A stretch of 64,000 nt of DNA from an uncultured Desulfarculus sp. Lineage in GTDB: Bacteria > Desulfobacterota > Desulfarculia > Desulfarculales > Desulfarculaceae. The stretch lies in NCBI GenBank assembly GCA_963665125.2, contig CAXXUK010000001.1:3392001-3456000 (forward strand). The letters run 5' to 3'. This document shows, piece by piece, positions 1 through 9,659 of the stretch (positions within the stretch are counted from its first letter, which is position 1; the number at the start of each line of letters is the position of its first letter). The notes under the pieces were generated by a model. It was not told the DNA's origin and made no database searches. It saw only the letters and a program-made list of their open reading frames with translations. The translations under genes were made by a program, and so were the position numbers.

Positions 1-282
1 TTTTGGGGGCGCCGCCGCAAAGAGATGGGCAGCATGGTCGACAACCTGATGACGGCCCGCAAACTGGGGTATCAGCCCGTCAATCATTTCATGATCCAAT
101 CATATTCCTGGTGGGACGACTATTACCTGCCCCTGATGAAGCGCATCGAGTTTCTCAGACCATTGGCCGAAAAAGAGACGGCCATGGCCGCGGCCATCCG
201 TGACGCAGAACTGGAGATCGCCGTCCGCCGTCAATACGGCCACAGCTACGGCTGCGTATATTACATTTTCAGCGCCAACTAG
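1..282 (+). CDS. Class I SAM-dependent methyltransferase, C-terminal part (runs off left edge)
   Basis: Frame is open from base 1. WWDDYYLPL...EIAVRRQYGHSYGCVYYI resembles the C-terminal tail of a common SAM-methyltransferase family. Confidence 0.55.
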   Translation, partial: FWGRRRKEMGSMVDNLMTARKLGYQPVNHFMIQSYSWWDDYYLPLMKRIEFLRPLAEKETAMAAAIRDAELEIAVRRQYGHSYGCVYYIFSAN

Positions 283-392
283 CCGTCCCAGGCCGTGTTT
301 GCCCGAAAAGCTGGCGCTACGGGTCTGGTCCGGGTTATATTTATTGGCCGTAACTCGCCGAGCACCGGCTTGGGGGACGAGAGGATGTTTTT

Positions 393-2048
393 TTGACGGC
401 CGCCGCCTGGACATCGACAATGGGAGCCATCATCGGCCTGCTTTGCCAGGTCAACTGGATGATGGCCCACGGCCCGGATAGATGGCCCTTGCGCCTGGCG
501 CTGGGCGCGGTTGGCGGCTGGCTGCTGGTGCGAGGAGCCGTCCTGGCCTGGGAGCGTCTGGGCCGCCGCCGCTTCTGGCCCGGCTGGCATGGCTTCCGGG
601 AGCTTTTGGCGGGCAAACGCACGGTGGCCGGCCTGTTGGCCGCGGGGCTGGTGATGATCTACCTGGGCTCCATGGGCGGCCACTTCTATTCCTTTGACGC
701 CTGGTTCCGCTTTCTTACCACCAAATCAATCGTCGATGAGGGCTCGCTGATCATCGACCCCATACCAGGCAAGCTGCCGCCCTTGGTCAGCAAGACCGGC
801 ATCCTCCAACCCATTCTGACCATACCTTTTTATATAGCCAGCAAGGCCATCCCCCAGGGCAGCGTCCCGCCGCCAATGGACTTGAAGGGCCCGGTCGAGC
901 CCGACGAGATGGTGGCCAGCACCATGAACCAGTTCACCACGCCGCTTATCGCCCTGGTGTTCTTTTTGATGCTCATCGACTGGGGCTATTCCCGGAGGGT
1001 GGCTTTCTCGGCCACGCTTGTCATGGCCCTGGCCACCATTGCCTGGCCCTATTCGCGCTATTATTTCAGCGAACCGATCATGGGCCTGTGCCTTATCACA
1101 TCGGTTTGGCAGATGCTGCGCTTTCGCCTCAGGCTCAATACCAGGCACCTGTTTTACAGCGGTCTGGCCCTAGCCGTTGGCGCGATCAACACCACCGTAT
1201 TCCTGGTGGTGGCCGTGCCCATGTCGGGCCTGTACCTGGCTTGGCTCTTGTGGCCCCGGCGCGGCGGCGTGTGCACCTCCTGGCCCCAAGCCGTACGCCT
1301 GGCCCTGGTCTGGGCCGCGCCGGTGTTCATTGCCGGTTGCTGGGTCCTGTGGTTCAACTGGTACCGTTTCGGCGGCATGTTCAAGACCGGCTACGAAGGC
1401 GACCAGGGCTTCCCTAACTTCATCTACGACGGCCGGGCCGGTTTTTCCCTGGCCTCCTGGGTGGGCCTGCACGGCCTGCTCTTCAGCCCGGGAAAAAGCG
1501 TCTTCCTGTTCAGCCCGCCGCTTATCGCCGCGCTGTTGTACATGCGCGGGTTCTTCAGCCGCCGCCGGGCCGAATCGTTACTCATCGCCATGCTCTGCCT
1601 GGGCTGGCTGGCCCTGTACTGCAAGTGGTGGGCCTGGCACGGCGACATCGCCTGGGGCCCGCGCTACCTGGTTCCGGTGACGTTTTTGGCCATGCTGCCC
1701 CTGGCCCAGGCCTTCAAGCTGTGGCCCCAGCGCGGCCTGATGTTCCAGAGCGTATTGCTTTTCGTGATTCTTTTCGGAATTGTGGTCCAGTTGCTTGGCA
1801 TTGCCCTGCATTTTGAGCTACAGTTCAGCGCTATAGTCGGACCACGGCAAAAGGACCTGCCTTTGTTGCATTACATCCCGCATTATTCCCACGTCATGGG
1901 CAACTACCGCATGCTTGTCATGGGAGCCAGCCCGGACTTCTATCTCCTGGGCAGGCCCCTGGGGCTGATTCTGACCGTGGGCGGGGCGTTATGCACGGGC
2001 CTGGCCTGGCTGGGGGCCTTCACCCGCAGGCCGGGGGAGGCCTCATGA
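393..2048 (+). CDS. Multi-pass membrane GT-C fold glycosyltransferase (PMT/ArnT/GT39-like)
   Basis: More than 10 hydrophobic segments; motifs YSFD, WPYSRYYFSEP, FNWYRFG, GLLFSPGKS, WGPRYLVP. Stop overlaps the next ATG (ATGA). Confidence 0.75.
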   Translation: MTAAAWTSTMGAIIGLLCQVNWMMAHGPDRWPLRLALGAVGGWLLVRGAVLAWERLGRRRFWPGWHGFRELLAGKRTVAGLLAAGLVMIYLGSMGGHFYSFDAWFRFLTTKSIVDEGSLIIDPIPGKLPPLVSKTGILQPILTIPFYIASKAIPQGSVPPPMDLKGPVEPDEMVASTMNQFTTPLIALVFFLMLIDWGYSRRVAFSATLVMALATIAWPYSRYYFSEPIMGLCLITSVWQMLRFRLRLNTRHLFYSGLALAVGAINTTVFLVVAVPMSGLYLAWLLWPRRGGVCTSWPQAVRLALVWAAPVFIAGCWVLWFNWYRFGGMFKTGYEGDQGFPNFIYDGRAGFSLASWVGLHGLLFSPGKSVFLFSPPLIAALLYMRGFFSRRRAESLLIAMLCLGWLALYCKWWAWHGDIAWGPRYLVPVTFLAMLPLAQAFKLWPQRGLMFQSVLLFVILFGIVVQLLGIALHFELQFSAIVGPRQKDLPLLHYIPHYSHVMGNYRMLVMGASPDFYLLGRPLGLILTVGGALCTGLAWLGAFTRRPGEAS

Positions 2049-2761
2049 AGGTCTCGGTGATCGTGCCGGTCTACAACGAGCGGGCCACGGTGGCGGAGCT
2101 GCTGCGGCGTGTTGCCGCCGTTGATCTCGACAAGGAGATCATCGTGGTGGACGACGGCTCCACCGACGGCTCCCGGGAAATCCTGGCCGGGCTGGACATC
2201 CCGGACATGCGGCTACTGCTGCATGAAAAAAACACCGGCAAGGGCGGGGCCGTGCGCACGGGCATCTGCCACTGCACCGGCGGCGTGGTGATCATCCAGG
2301 ACGCCGACCTGGAACTGGAGCCAGGCGAGATCCCCTCGCTTATTGAGCCCATCATCAGCGGCCGGGCCGAGGTGGTCTACGGCTCGCGGATTCTCAACCC
2401 CAACAATCCCTCGCCCAACACGCCGTTCTACTGGGGCGGGCGGCTGACCACCCTGGCCTGCAACATCCTTTACGGCTCCCGGCTCACCGACGAGCCCACC
2501 TGCTACAAGGTCTTCCGGGCCGGGCTGATCAAGCGCATCGGCTTTTCGGGCAACCGCTTCGAATGGGAACCGGAGATAACGGCCAAGCTGTTGCGCCGGG
2601 GCGTGAAGATCCACGAGGTGCCCATCACCTATCACCCGCGCAGTTCCAGCGACGGAAAGAAACTGGGCGCCCGCGACGGCATCCAGGCCGTGTGGACGCT
2701 CTTGAAGCTGCGCTTTTCCCAAAAAACCATGATCGACCAGCCCTTGGAGCAACGGCAATGA
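2045..2761 (+). CDS. GT2 polyprenol-phosphate glycosyltransferase (DPM1/Ppm1-like)
   Basis: VSVIVPVYNE, VVDDGSTDGS, NTGKGGA, QDADLE, VYGSR, LTDEPTCYK. ATGA coupling at both ends. Confidence 0.9.
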   Translation: MKVSVIVPVYNERATVAELLRRVAAVDLDKEIIVVDDGSTDGSREILAGLDIPDMRLLLHEKNTGKGGAVRTGICHCTGGVVIIQDADLELEPGEIPSLIEPIISGRAEVVYGSRILNPNNPSPNTPFYWGGRLTTLACNILYGSRLTDEPTCYKVFRAGLIKRIGFSGNRFEWEPEITAKLLRRGVKIHEVPITYHPRSSSDGKKLGARDGIQAVWTLLKLRFSQKTMIDQPLEQRQ

Positions 2762-4212
2762 AACGCGGCCTCAAGGCATGGGCCGCCTTTGTTCTGATCG
2801 CCCTGTGCCTGGCTCTGGCGGCCTGCGGCCAAGACCGCGGCAAGCCCGGCCCGGTGTTGCAGGACAAAAAGTATCTGGTCGGAGCCACCTATTACATCTG
2901 GTATCCCCTGAATTTCTATTTCGGGTTCATGCGCGGAGCCCTCAAGCCGCCCCAGTCGCCGTCCATGGGCCTGTACAGTTCGGTGGACCCCAAGGCCGCC
3001 GAGCAGCACATCGCCTGGTGCTCCCGCTATGGCATCGACTTTCTGGCCGTCAGCTGGTGGCCCAACAAGCCCGAGCTTAACCCGGCCATAGACAAGGGCC
3101 TGCTCAAAGCGGGCAACCTCAAAGACATCAAGTTCTGCATTTTTTACGAGACCTGGGGCGTGGGCTGGATCGAGGAAAAAGGGGCCACCATATTCGACCA
3201 GGCGGCCATCGACAAGCTCAATACCGACATGGATCAGATAGCCGACAAATACTTCGACAACCCCAGCTATCTGAAGATCAACAACAGGCCGGTGGTGTTT
3301 CTGTACCTTACCCGGACCCTGGCCGGAGACTATGAAAAGGCCTTCAAAGACCTGCGGGCCAGGCTAAAGGCCAAGGGCCACGACGTGTATTTCATTGCCG
3401 ACGAGATCTACTGGTCGGTGATGAGCACCCGCCAGCGCGAACAGCCCAAGCCGTTCCTGGAGCCCAAGCCCCAGCCGGAGCGGATCAAGCTTTTCGACGC
3501 CCTGACTTCATATAATATGTATCTGTCCTCCCGCTTGGACCACGGCGGCTACGGCGCCAAAAGCAACTGGGTCAGGGACGTGTCGGCCATGTACCGGCAA
3601 TATTTCGACCTATGCGGACCCAACACCAATTTCGTGCCCAACATCCTGCCCGGCTACAACGACCGGGGCTGCCGCCTGCCCATGCAGCAGTTCATCATTC
3701 CCCGGCAGTGGGACAAGGGCGCGCCCGAGGGCTCGTTCCTGGCCCACAGCTTTGACAAGCTGGCCCTGCCCTTTGTGGACCCCCGGCTGAACATGATCAT
3801 GATCACCTCGTTCAACGAGTGGAACGAAGACACGGCCATCGAGCCCACCATCGACGCGCCGCCCACAAATGAGGACATCAGCAAGACCGGCAAAGAGTTC
3901 ACCGACGGGTATGAGTATTACGGCTACGGCGCCAAGATGCTCGAAGTCGTACGCGACAAGGTCTGCGCCGTATCGGGCCGGGTGACGGACCAGGCGGGCA
4001 AGCCGGTCTGGGGCGCGGAAGTGACGGCCAGCCAAAACGGCAAGCCGGTAACCAAGGCCACGGCCGACCGCGACGGCTATTACACCCTCAGCCGCCTGCA
4101 TATGCCGCCGGGCCAGTATGAAATCAGCGCAGGCGGATCAACCAATACCGTGCACGTCGAAACCGGGGCCTGCCAAACAGGTGTTGATTTCGTGGATTCC
4201 GTGGCGCGTTAG
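2758..4212 (+). CDS. GH99/GH71-like glycoside hydrolase lipoprotein with C-terminal carboxypeptidase-regulatory-like beta domain
   Basis: Lipobox LALAAC; YYIWY, GIDFLAVSWW, RPVVFLY, PGYND and ITSFNEWNE (GH99 catalytic motif); C-terminal VSGRVTD..GKPV.GAEV. Confidence 0.8.
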   Translation: MKRGLKAWAAFVLIALCLALAACGQDRGKPGPVLQDKKYLVGATYYIWYPLNFYFGFMRGALKPPQSPSMGLYSSVDPKAAEQHIAWCSRYGIDFLAVSWWPNKPELNPAIDKGLLKAGNLKDIKFCIFYETWGVGWIEEKGATIFDQAAIDKLNTDMDQIADKYFDNPSYLKINNRPVVFLYLTRTLAGDYEKAFKDLRARLKAKGHDVYFIADEIYWSVMSTRQREQPKPFLEPKPQPERIKLFDALTSYNMYLSSRLDHGGYGAKSNWVRDVSAMYRQYFDLCGPNTNFVPNILPGYNDRGCRLPMQQFIIPRQWDKGAPEGSFLAHSFDKLALPFVDPRLNMIMITSFNEWNEDTAIEPTIDAPPTNEDISKTGKEFTDGYEYYGYGAKMLEVVRDKVCAVSGRVTDQAGKPVWGAEVTASQNGKPVTKATADRDGYYTLSRLHMPPGQYEISAGGSTNTVHVETGACQTGVDFVDSVAR

Positions 4213-4330
4213 CCATCAGGGCCAAAGCAGTAGACATTATCCCCATAAATTAGTATTGTTTGTTCGGGTATGATCACGACGTGGTCATGCCAGGGCAAAG
4301 ATCCGCCCCAAATTCAAAAAGGTGGAATGC

Positions 4331-4606
4331 ATGCGCAAAGTATCAATGGCTTTGTTTTGTCTGGTGATTTTCGCGGCAGGCACAATGGTTGGCAGCCGCC
4401 TGGAACTGCCCCGGCCTGCTAAAGGGTATAGCCCCATCCTGACTAAATATGGGCAACTAACACTGCCGACCGGCGACTTTGATGTCCAGTATGAAGGCCA
4501 AACCATTCAGGTCCATAACGATGCGGGAAGCAGCATCCCGGTGAAGTTCACCCGGGAAGAAAAACCCGACGGATCGGTTGTTTTCTATGGCCTGAACGGC
4601 CGGTAG
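4331..4606 (+). CDS. Small exported/membrane-anchored hypothetical protein
   Basis: GGTGG RBS and N-terminal signal-like hydrophobic stretch. Confidence 0.55.
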   Translation: MRKVSMALFCLVIFAAGTMVGSRLELPRPAKGYSPILTKYGQLTLPTGDFDVQYEGQTIQVHNDAGSSIPVKFTREEKPDGSVVFYGLNGR

Positions 4607-4832
4607 CCTGTCACAAATTGGCAAAACGCCTGATGATTTGTCGGTTGGCCATGCTTTCGACGTCTCATCATCCTACCGGCCCCTCGACCAATCACCTGTT
4701 ACTAGCTGGTAATTAATACTTGACCAGGGCCGGGTTCTCATTATAAAAGCACTCAGATGGGTATGACCTTTCACCAATTACCGTCTGCCAGCGCTCATCA
4801 TTGAAACAACCCAATCAAAGAGAGCAAATCAG

Positions 4833-5564
4833 ATGCGCAAAATTGCCCTGATTCTTTTTACAGTGCTGGTATTCGGTACCCTCTTGGCTTGTTCCAGTTC
4901 AAGCTGCTCGGATAGCGGAGGAGCAGATTACCTCGGCCCCTGCCCACCGGGTCAGGTGGCGTTGTGGAGCGATACCGCCGGCAGATATACCTGTGTCAGC
5001 GAGTGTCCATCGGGCTATTCAAAGGTCACGGAACCGTATGCCTGGTACGATATATGTAAAAAGACCTGCCCCAACGGCAATCCGCCTACTTTCAACTACG
5101 ATACGATTGAATGGGAATGCAACAGCAGTCCCACATCAACACCGACAAGTTCGCCGACAGACGAACCGACGTCAACACCTACATCAACGTCCACTGCCAC
5201 GGCGACTCCCACTAACACGGCGACCTCAACGGCTACACCGACTTCCAGCACAAGTTGCATCCAAGGCACATGGACCGGCAACAGCCAGAGCAATAAAGGA
5301 TGGGGCGACCAGGGGCTGACATTTATAATCCAAGCCAACGGCACCAGCCTTTCGGGCACCGCAAAGCACACAAGCGCCGGGGTAACCACGGCCTCTCCCG
5401 CCACCGGGACAATAGGTTCCACTACACCTCCGACTTCTTTCACGTTCGGCAACAGCGGAGATACAACATATGTTGGAACGTTTGTGGACTGCGACACCAT
5501 AACCGGCACTTATACGGATGTTCACGGCGACTCGGGCACGTTTACCATCTACAAAGTGGAATAA
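4833..5564 (+). CDS. Lipoprotein array member 1: Cys-rich N-domain, Thr/Pro linker, C-terminal beta domain
   Basis: Lipobox LLAC; six-Cys N-domain; (T/S/P/A)n linker; CIQGTWTG domain. Confidence 0.85.
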   Translation: MRKIALILFTVLVFGTLLACSSSSCSDSGGADYLGPCPPGQVALWSDTAGRYTCVSECPSGYSKVTEPYAWYDICKKTCPNGNPPTFNYDTIEWECNSSPTSTPTSSPTDEPTSTPTSTSTATATPTNTATSTATPTSSTSCIQGTWTGNSQSNKGWGDQGLTFIIQANGTSLSGTAKHTSAGVTTASPATGTIGSTTPPTSFTFGNSGDTTYVGTFVDCDTITGTYTDVHGDSGTFTIYKVE

Positions 5565-5579
5565 TAAGCGGCATAGCAT

Positions 5580-5993
5580 CGGGGTTGCCGCCTGCAACAT
5601 GCGGCAATTCGTCATTCCCCGGCAGTGGCGCAAAGACGCGCCGCCCACCAATGAGAACATCAGCAAGATCGGCCATGAGTTCGCCGGCGGTATGAGTATT
5701 ACGGCTACGGCGCCAAGATGCTTGAAGTCGTGCGCGACAAGGTCTGCGCCGTATCGGGCCGGGTGACGGACCAGGCTGGCCCGCCGGTCTGGAGCGCGGA
5801 GGTCACGGCCAAACTCGTGGGCAAAGCAGTGGCCACCGGCAAGACCGACCGCGACGGGCATTACACTCTAAGCCGCCTGCATATGCCGCCGGGCCAGAAT
5901 GAAGTCAGCGCCGCCGGTTCGGCCCGAACCATTTATATAGAGGCCAAAGCCCGCCAAAACGGCGTTGACTTCCGATATCCTCCCATTAAATAG
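5580..5993 (+). pseudogene. Degenerate duplicate of the 3' end of the GH99-like gene
   Basis: Nucleotide-level match to about 3664-4190, with an internal deletion of about 135 bp and frameshifts. Residual ORF 5718-5993 parallels MLEVVRDKVCAVSGRVTDQAG. Confidence 0.9.
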
Positions 5994-6286
5994 TTCCGTT
6001 CCACCAAGCCCATCAATTTAACTGACTGATTTACCAACTTTTTTCCATATGCGAACGAATATTTCGCGGTGTTGGGCCCGGCGCGCCGCGATTGCGTTGC
6101 CCGAGGGCTGGCCGGCGGGGTTTAAAAATACGAAACGCAGTGTGCTAATTATATGGTGAAAATGGGTATTTGGTCCTTGACATGGTTTATCGCCCTGTAA
6201 GATAGTCGTCTTGATGAGCCCCGAATGACCGGCCTGCCCCCCACCCGCGCTCATCCCGGATCAACAAATAATTGCGAGAAGATGAC

Positions 6287-7036
6287 ATGCGTAGAATAAT
6301 TCTTATTCTAACCACCGTGGTGTTATTCGGGGCATGCTTCGCGTGCAGCAGTTCCAGTTGCTCGGACTCCGGCGGCGGCAGCAATGGTCCCTGCCCGCCG
6401 GGCACGTATCTGCAATGGTTGGATAACGGCGGCTACTCCTGTGTCAGTTCGTGCCCGACCGGTTATGTCGCGGTGACAAACCCGACCGCAAATTATTGGC
6501 AATGCATCAAGCGGTGTTCCGATGGCTCGACTCCCACTTGGAACTACGCCGCCCACGAATGGGAATGTAGCGGCGACCCAACGTCCACGCCAACCAGCAC
6601 ACCGACATCCGACCCAACGTCCACGGCCACGGCCACCGCAACACCAACATCCACGGCCACCGCAACACCAACATCCACGGCTACGGCCACCGCAACGCCC
6701 ACGGCCACGCCGACTTCCAGCAGCACCAGTTGCATCGGCGGCACCTGGACCGGCGCAAGCTGGAGCAACATAGGCTGGGGCGATCAGACCCTGGTGTTTG
6801 TCATCAATGCCAGCGGCACCAGCCTCTCCGGTAGCGTCAAGCACACCAGCGCCGGTGTTGTCTGGACCCACACCGCCACCGGCACAATCGGTTCGACCAC
6901 GCCGCCTACTTCGTTTAGGTTCGCCAACAGCGCCGACACCACCTATGTCGGCACTTTCATTGATTGCAACACCATAGAAGGAACCTACACCGACGTGCAC
7001 GGCGACAGCGGAAGGTTCACCATAACCAAACGATAA
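6287..7036 (+). CDS. Lipoprotein array member 2
   Basis: Lipobox CFAC; same architecture; C-domain very similar to member 1 (TGTIGSTTPPTSF, DTTYVGTF.DC, GTYTDVHGDSG). Confidence 0.85.
   Translation: MRRIILILTTVVLFGACFACSSSSCSDSGGGSNGPCPPGTYLQWLDNGGYSCVSSCPTGYVAVTNPTANYWQCIKRCSDGSTPTWNYAAHEWECSGDPTSTPTSTPTSDPTSTATATATPTSTATATPTSTATATATPTATPTSSSTSCIGGTWTGASWSNIGWGDQTLVFVINASGTSLSGSVKHTSAGVVWTHTATGTIGSTTPPTSFRFANSADTTYVGTFIDCNTIEGTYTDVHGDSGRFTITKR
6627..6674 (+). repeat. Exact 24-bp tandem duplication in the Thr-rich linker
   Basis: ccacggccaccgcaacaccaacat x2, in frame (TATATPTS). Confidence 0.9.
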
Positions 7037-7056
7037 TTACGAAAACAATGCATTCA

Positions 7057-7083
7057 GCGGCCGCCTTCGGGCGGCCGTTTTTT
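7057..7083 (+). terminator. Rho-independent terminator
   Basis: gcggccgcc-ttcg-ggcggccgt followed by a T-run. Confidence 0.85.
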
Positions 7084-7185
7084 GTTTGCCACGCATCAAT
7101 TTTTTCTAGCTGCATCAATTCATATTACCCCGCAATGACTTTAGTTGTATGGTGCCAATATTTAGTTCTCATATCGGGGGTGATC

Positions 7186-7902
7186 ATGAAAAGAAACGCC
7201 ATATCAATTATCGCGTTGTGTTTGCTTCTCTTTGTCTTTTTGGCATGTCAAAGCGGTGGCGGAGGAGGATCTTCCACTTCCGGCTGCTCCAGCCCCAGTT
7301 GTTCCAACAATGGAGGCGGTGGCGATTCCAAACCAACCGCCAGCGAGACGCCTTTGCCCACCGACACAGCCACTGCTTCACCAACACCGACGGAAACCAA
7401 CACCGCGACGCCAACATCGACGGCTACGTCAACCAACACCACGACACCAACACCTACAACAACATCGACGTCAACATCAACGCCAACACCGACGGCGACA
7501 ACAACCAGAACCGCAACGCCAACATCAACACCAACCAACACTTCCACAGCAACGGCAACGGCAACACCAACCCCGACCGCGACACCGTGTTTCCAGGGCA
7601 CCTGGACCGGCACCTCGACCAGTATTGCCGGTCATTGCAGCCGGACCTATACCGTCACCATGACCCAGTCGGGCACCAGCATCACCGCCAGGGTCAGGGA
7701 AACCTGCGACGGTTCCACGACAACGCACAATCTCAACGGGACAGTGGCCAAGACCACCGCGCCCACTTCGATTCACATTGGAAGCTTGGCCGGCGGAGAC
7801 AACATGCAGTTCGCCGGAACCGCAAGTAGTTGCTCAAAAATTACGGGCAACTATGATGCGCTAATGGATACCGACGCCGGCAGTTTCAGTTGGTCCAAGT
7901 AG
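7186..7902 (+). CDS. Lipoprotein array member 3
   Basis: Lipobox FLAC; Gly/Ser stretch; long Thr/Pro linker; CFQGTWTG domain. Confidence 0.85.
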   Translation: MKRNAISIIALCLLLFVFLACQSGGGGGSSTSGCSSPSCSNNGGGGDSKPTASETPLPTDTATASPTPTETNTATPTSTATSTNTTTPTPTTTSTSTSTPTPTATTTRTATPTSTPTNTSTATATATPTPTATPCFQGTWTGTSTSIAGHCSRTYTVTMTQSGTSITARVRETCDGSTTTHNLNGTVAKTTAPTSIHIGSLAGGDNMQFAGTASSCSKITGNYDALMDTDAGSFSWSK

Positions 7903-7927
7903 AACAAGAGCCAAGCCATGCAGACCC

Positions 7928-7951
7928 GCGGCCGCCTTCGGGCGGCCGTTT
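7928..7951 (+). terminator. Rho-independent terminator, same hairpin as at 7057
   Basis: gcggccgccttcgggcggccgttt. Confidence 0.75.
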
Positions 7952-8043
7952 ATATAGTAATTAACTATTGTTTTTAGGTTTTAAGCAGCGCTACCTTGAA
8001 AATATACGAAAACTGCTTACCCATGCATTCGCGGAGGTAAAGC

Positions 8044-8496
8044 ATGAAAAGCGTATCCAAGATAGTGTTTATGGTTCTTTTAGCGGCCGTATTCGCGGCC
8101 TGTGAAAGCGGAGGTGGCAGCGGCACCTCCCCAACGCCAACTCCCACACCAACCTCCTCCCCAACCCCCACGCCGACTCAGGTTGTCAACATGCTCGGCA
8201 CTTGGGCGGGCGCCTGGCGTTCGGCCAACGGACACGTCAGCGGCGGCATCAGGGCCACGGTCACCAGCCAAGACGGCAGGACCTTCAGCGGAATGGTGGA
8301 GGCCTACGGCTGGCCCATACCGGCACTGCCGTTCGTCGGCACCCTTGGCGGCGACCAGCCCCCGACCACGCTGAGCCTCACCACAACTTATACGAAGTAT
8401 TGGGGCGGCACCCTCAGCGACGCCAACAACATGGGCGGCTCATACGAGGCGTATGGCGGACTGAGCGGATATTGGCAGATGGTTCGGCAGGAATAA
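8044..8496 (+). CDS. Lipoprotein array member 4 (short)
   Basis: GGAGG RBS; lipobox FAAC; (TP)n linker; MLGTWAG domain. Confidence 0.85.
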   Translation: MKSVSKIVFMVLLAAVFAACESGGGSGTSPTPTPTPTSSPTPTPTQVVNMLGTWAGAWRSANGHVSGGIRATVTSQDGRTFSGMVEAYGWPIPALPFVGTLGGDQPPTTLSLTTTYTKYWGGTLSDANNMGGSYEAYGGLSGYWQMVRQE

Positions 8497-8678
8497 AAGC
8501 GCCAACAATTCAGCAAGCCGCCGCGGGAGCCCAGCTTTCGCGGCGGCTTCATGCTGAACAACGACCCGTTTATGGATCTTTTTTGTTGTAATAGCTACAT
8601 AATATTTATAAAGTATGCCGTCTATAATCGCCTGCCCGCGATCATTGCGCATAACTATTTGTTTTTAATGGAGGTTTT

Positions 8679-9395
8679 ATGCGCCAGCTATATTTTGTCG
8701 CTGTTATTCTGATGACGGCATGCGTATTCTATCTTGCCGCAGGCTGTTCAAGTGGTGGCGGAAGCAACGATGCATCTGTCGAAATGCAACCAGACGGTAG
8801 CCTTATGTACTATTACCCGGACGGCAGAATCGTAAAAAAACCCTTTATCGGCACCCCGGTGGTCTTAGCCACGGCAGCACCCACCCCAACCATGTGGGGG
8901 CAGCCTTCCAACCCTGATGTTCCCGTTTCGACACCAACACCGGATCCTACGGACGAACCGACCACGGCACCGACCGCAACACCAACGGCGACCGCAACAC
9001 CGACGGCTACGGCCACACCAACGGCGACCCCCACTCCCACGCCGACCCCCACGGCCACCTCTTCGGCAAATACCACGGCAAATTGCCTGGCCGGCACCTG
9101 GACCGGCACCACCACCAGCGACTCCAGAAACCCCTCCGGCACGGTCACCTTTGTTTTCAGCAGGTCCGGCAGCACCGTCACGGCGCGGGTAACCAAAGTA
9201 GTCAGCGGTAAGACCACGACCACCACCATGCAGGTCCATTACGACAACAGCACCCCGCCCTCGCCAGTGAGCATCTGGAAAAGCGGCGGCGACAGCTATG
9301 CCATCACTCTCACTTCCTGCTCCGCCATGGGCACCGGCGACTATATCTTCTCCGACAGCGGCGACAGGGGCGTATTGAAGCTGAGCAAGCGGTAA
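8679..9395 (+). CDS. Lipoprotein array member 5
   Basis: GGAGG RBS; lipobox AAGC; (TP/TA)n linker; CLAGTWTG domain. Confidence 0.85.
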   Translation: MRQLYFVAVILMTACVFYLAAGCSSGGGSNDASVEMQPDGSLMYYYPDGRIVKKPFIGTPVVLATAAPTPTMWGQPSNPDVPVSTPTPDPTDEPTTAPTATPTATATPTATATPTATPTPTPTPTATSSANTTANCLAGTWTGTTTSDSRNPSGTVTFVFSRSGSTVTARVTKVVSGKTTTTTMQVHYDNSTPPSPVSIWKSGGDSYAITLTSCSAMGTGDYIFSDSGDRGVLKLSKR

Positions 9396-9420
9396 CAGAC
9401 CGCCGATAAAACAAAAAATC

Positions 9421-9462
9421 AACGCCGGGGTGTGTAGTAACTGCGCTCCGGCGTTGTTTTTT
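9421..9462 (+). terminator. Rho-independent terminator
   Basis: aacgccgg...ccggcgtt stem followed by a T-run. Confidence 0.7.
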
Positions 9463-9659
9463 AACCGTTTCATTTTTATAGATAAATTTTATATAAGCTA
9501 TGTTCTGTTTATATACACGTAATCCCCGTACGTTTATAGGTGTTGTCTTCGGCTCCTGGAACTAATAGAAATCTTTAGGGGAAACGCATTACTCACCCAA
9601 CCTGCCCCACGTGAGTACTTGCCTGAAGACAAATCCAAACCCAAAAAGAGAATTTTGAT

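Noticed and set aside
9540..9635. Riboswitch in array leaders (hairpins near 4755, 6212 and 9544)
   Set aside because: Stems exist, but I could not match any known riboswitch consensus; an Infernal/Rfam search would be needed.
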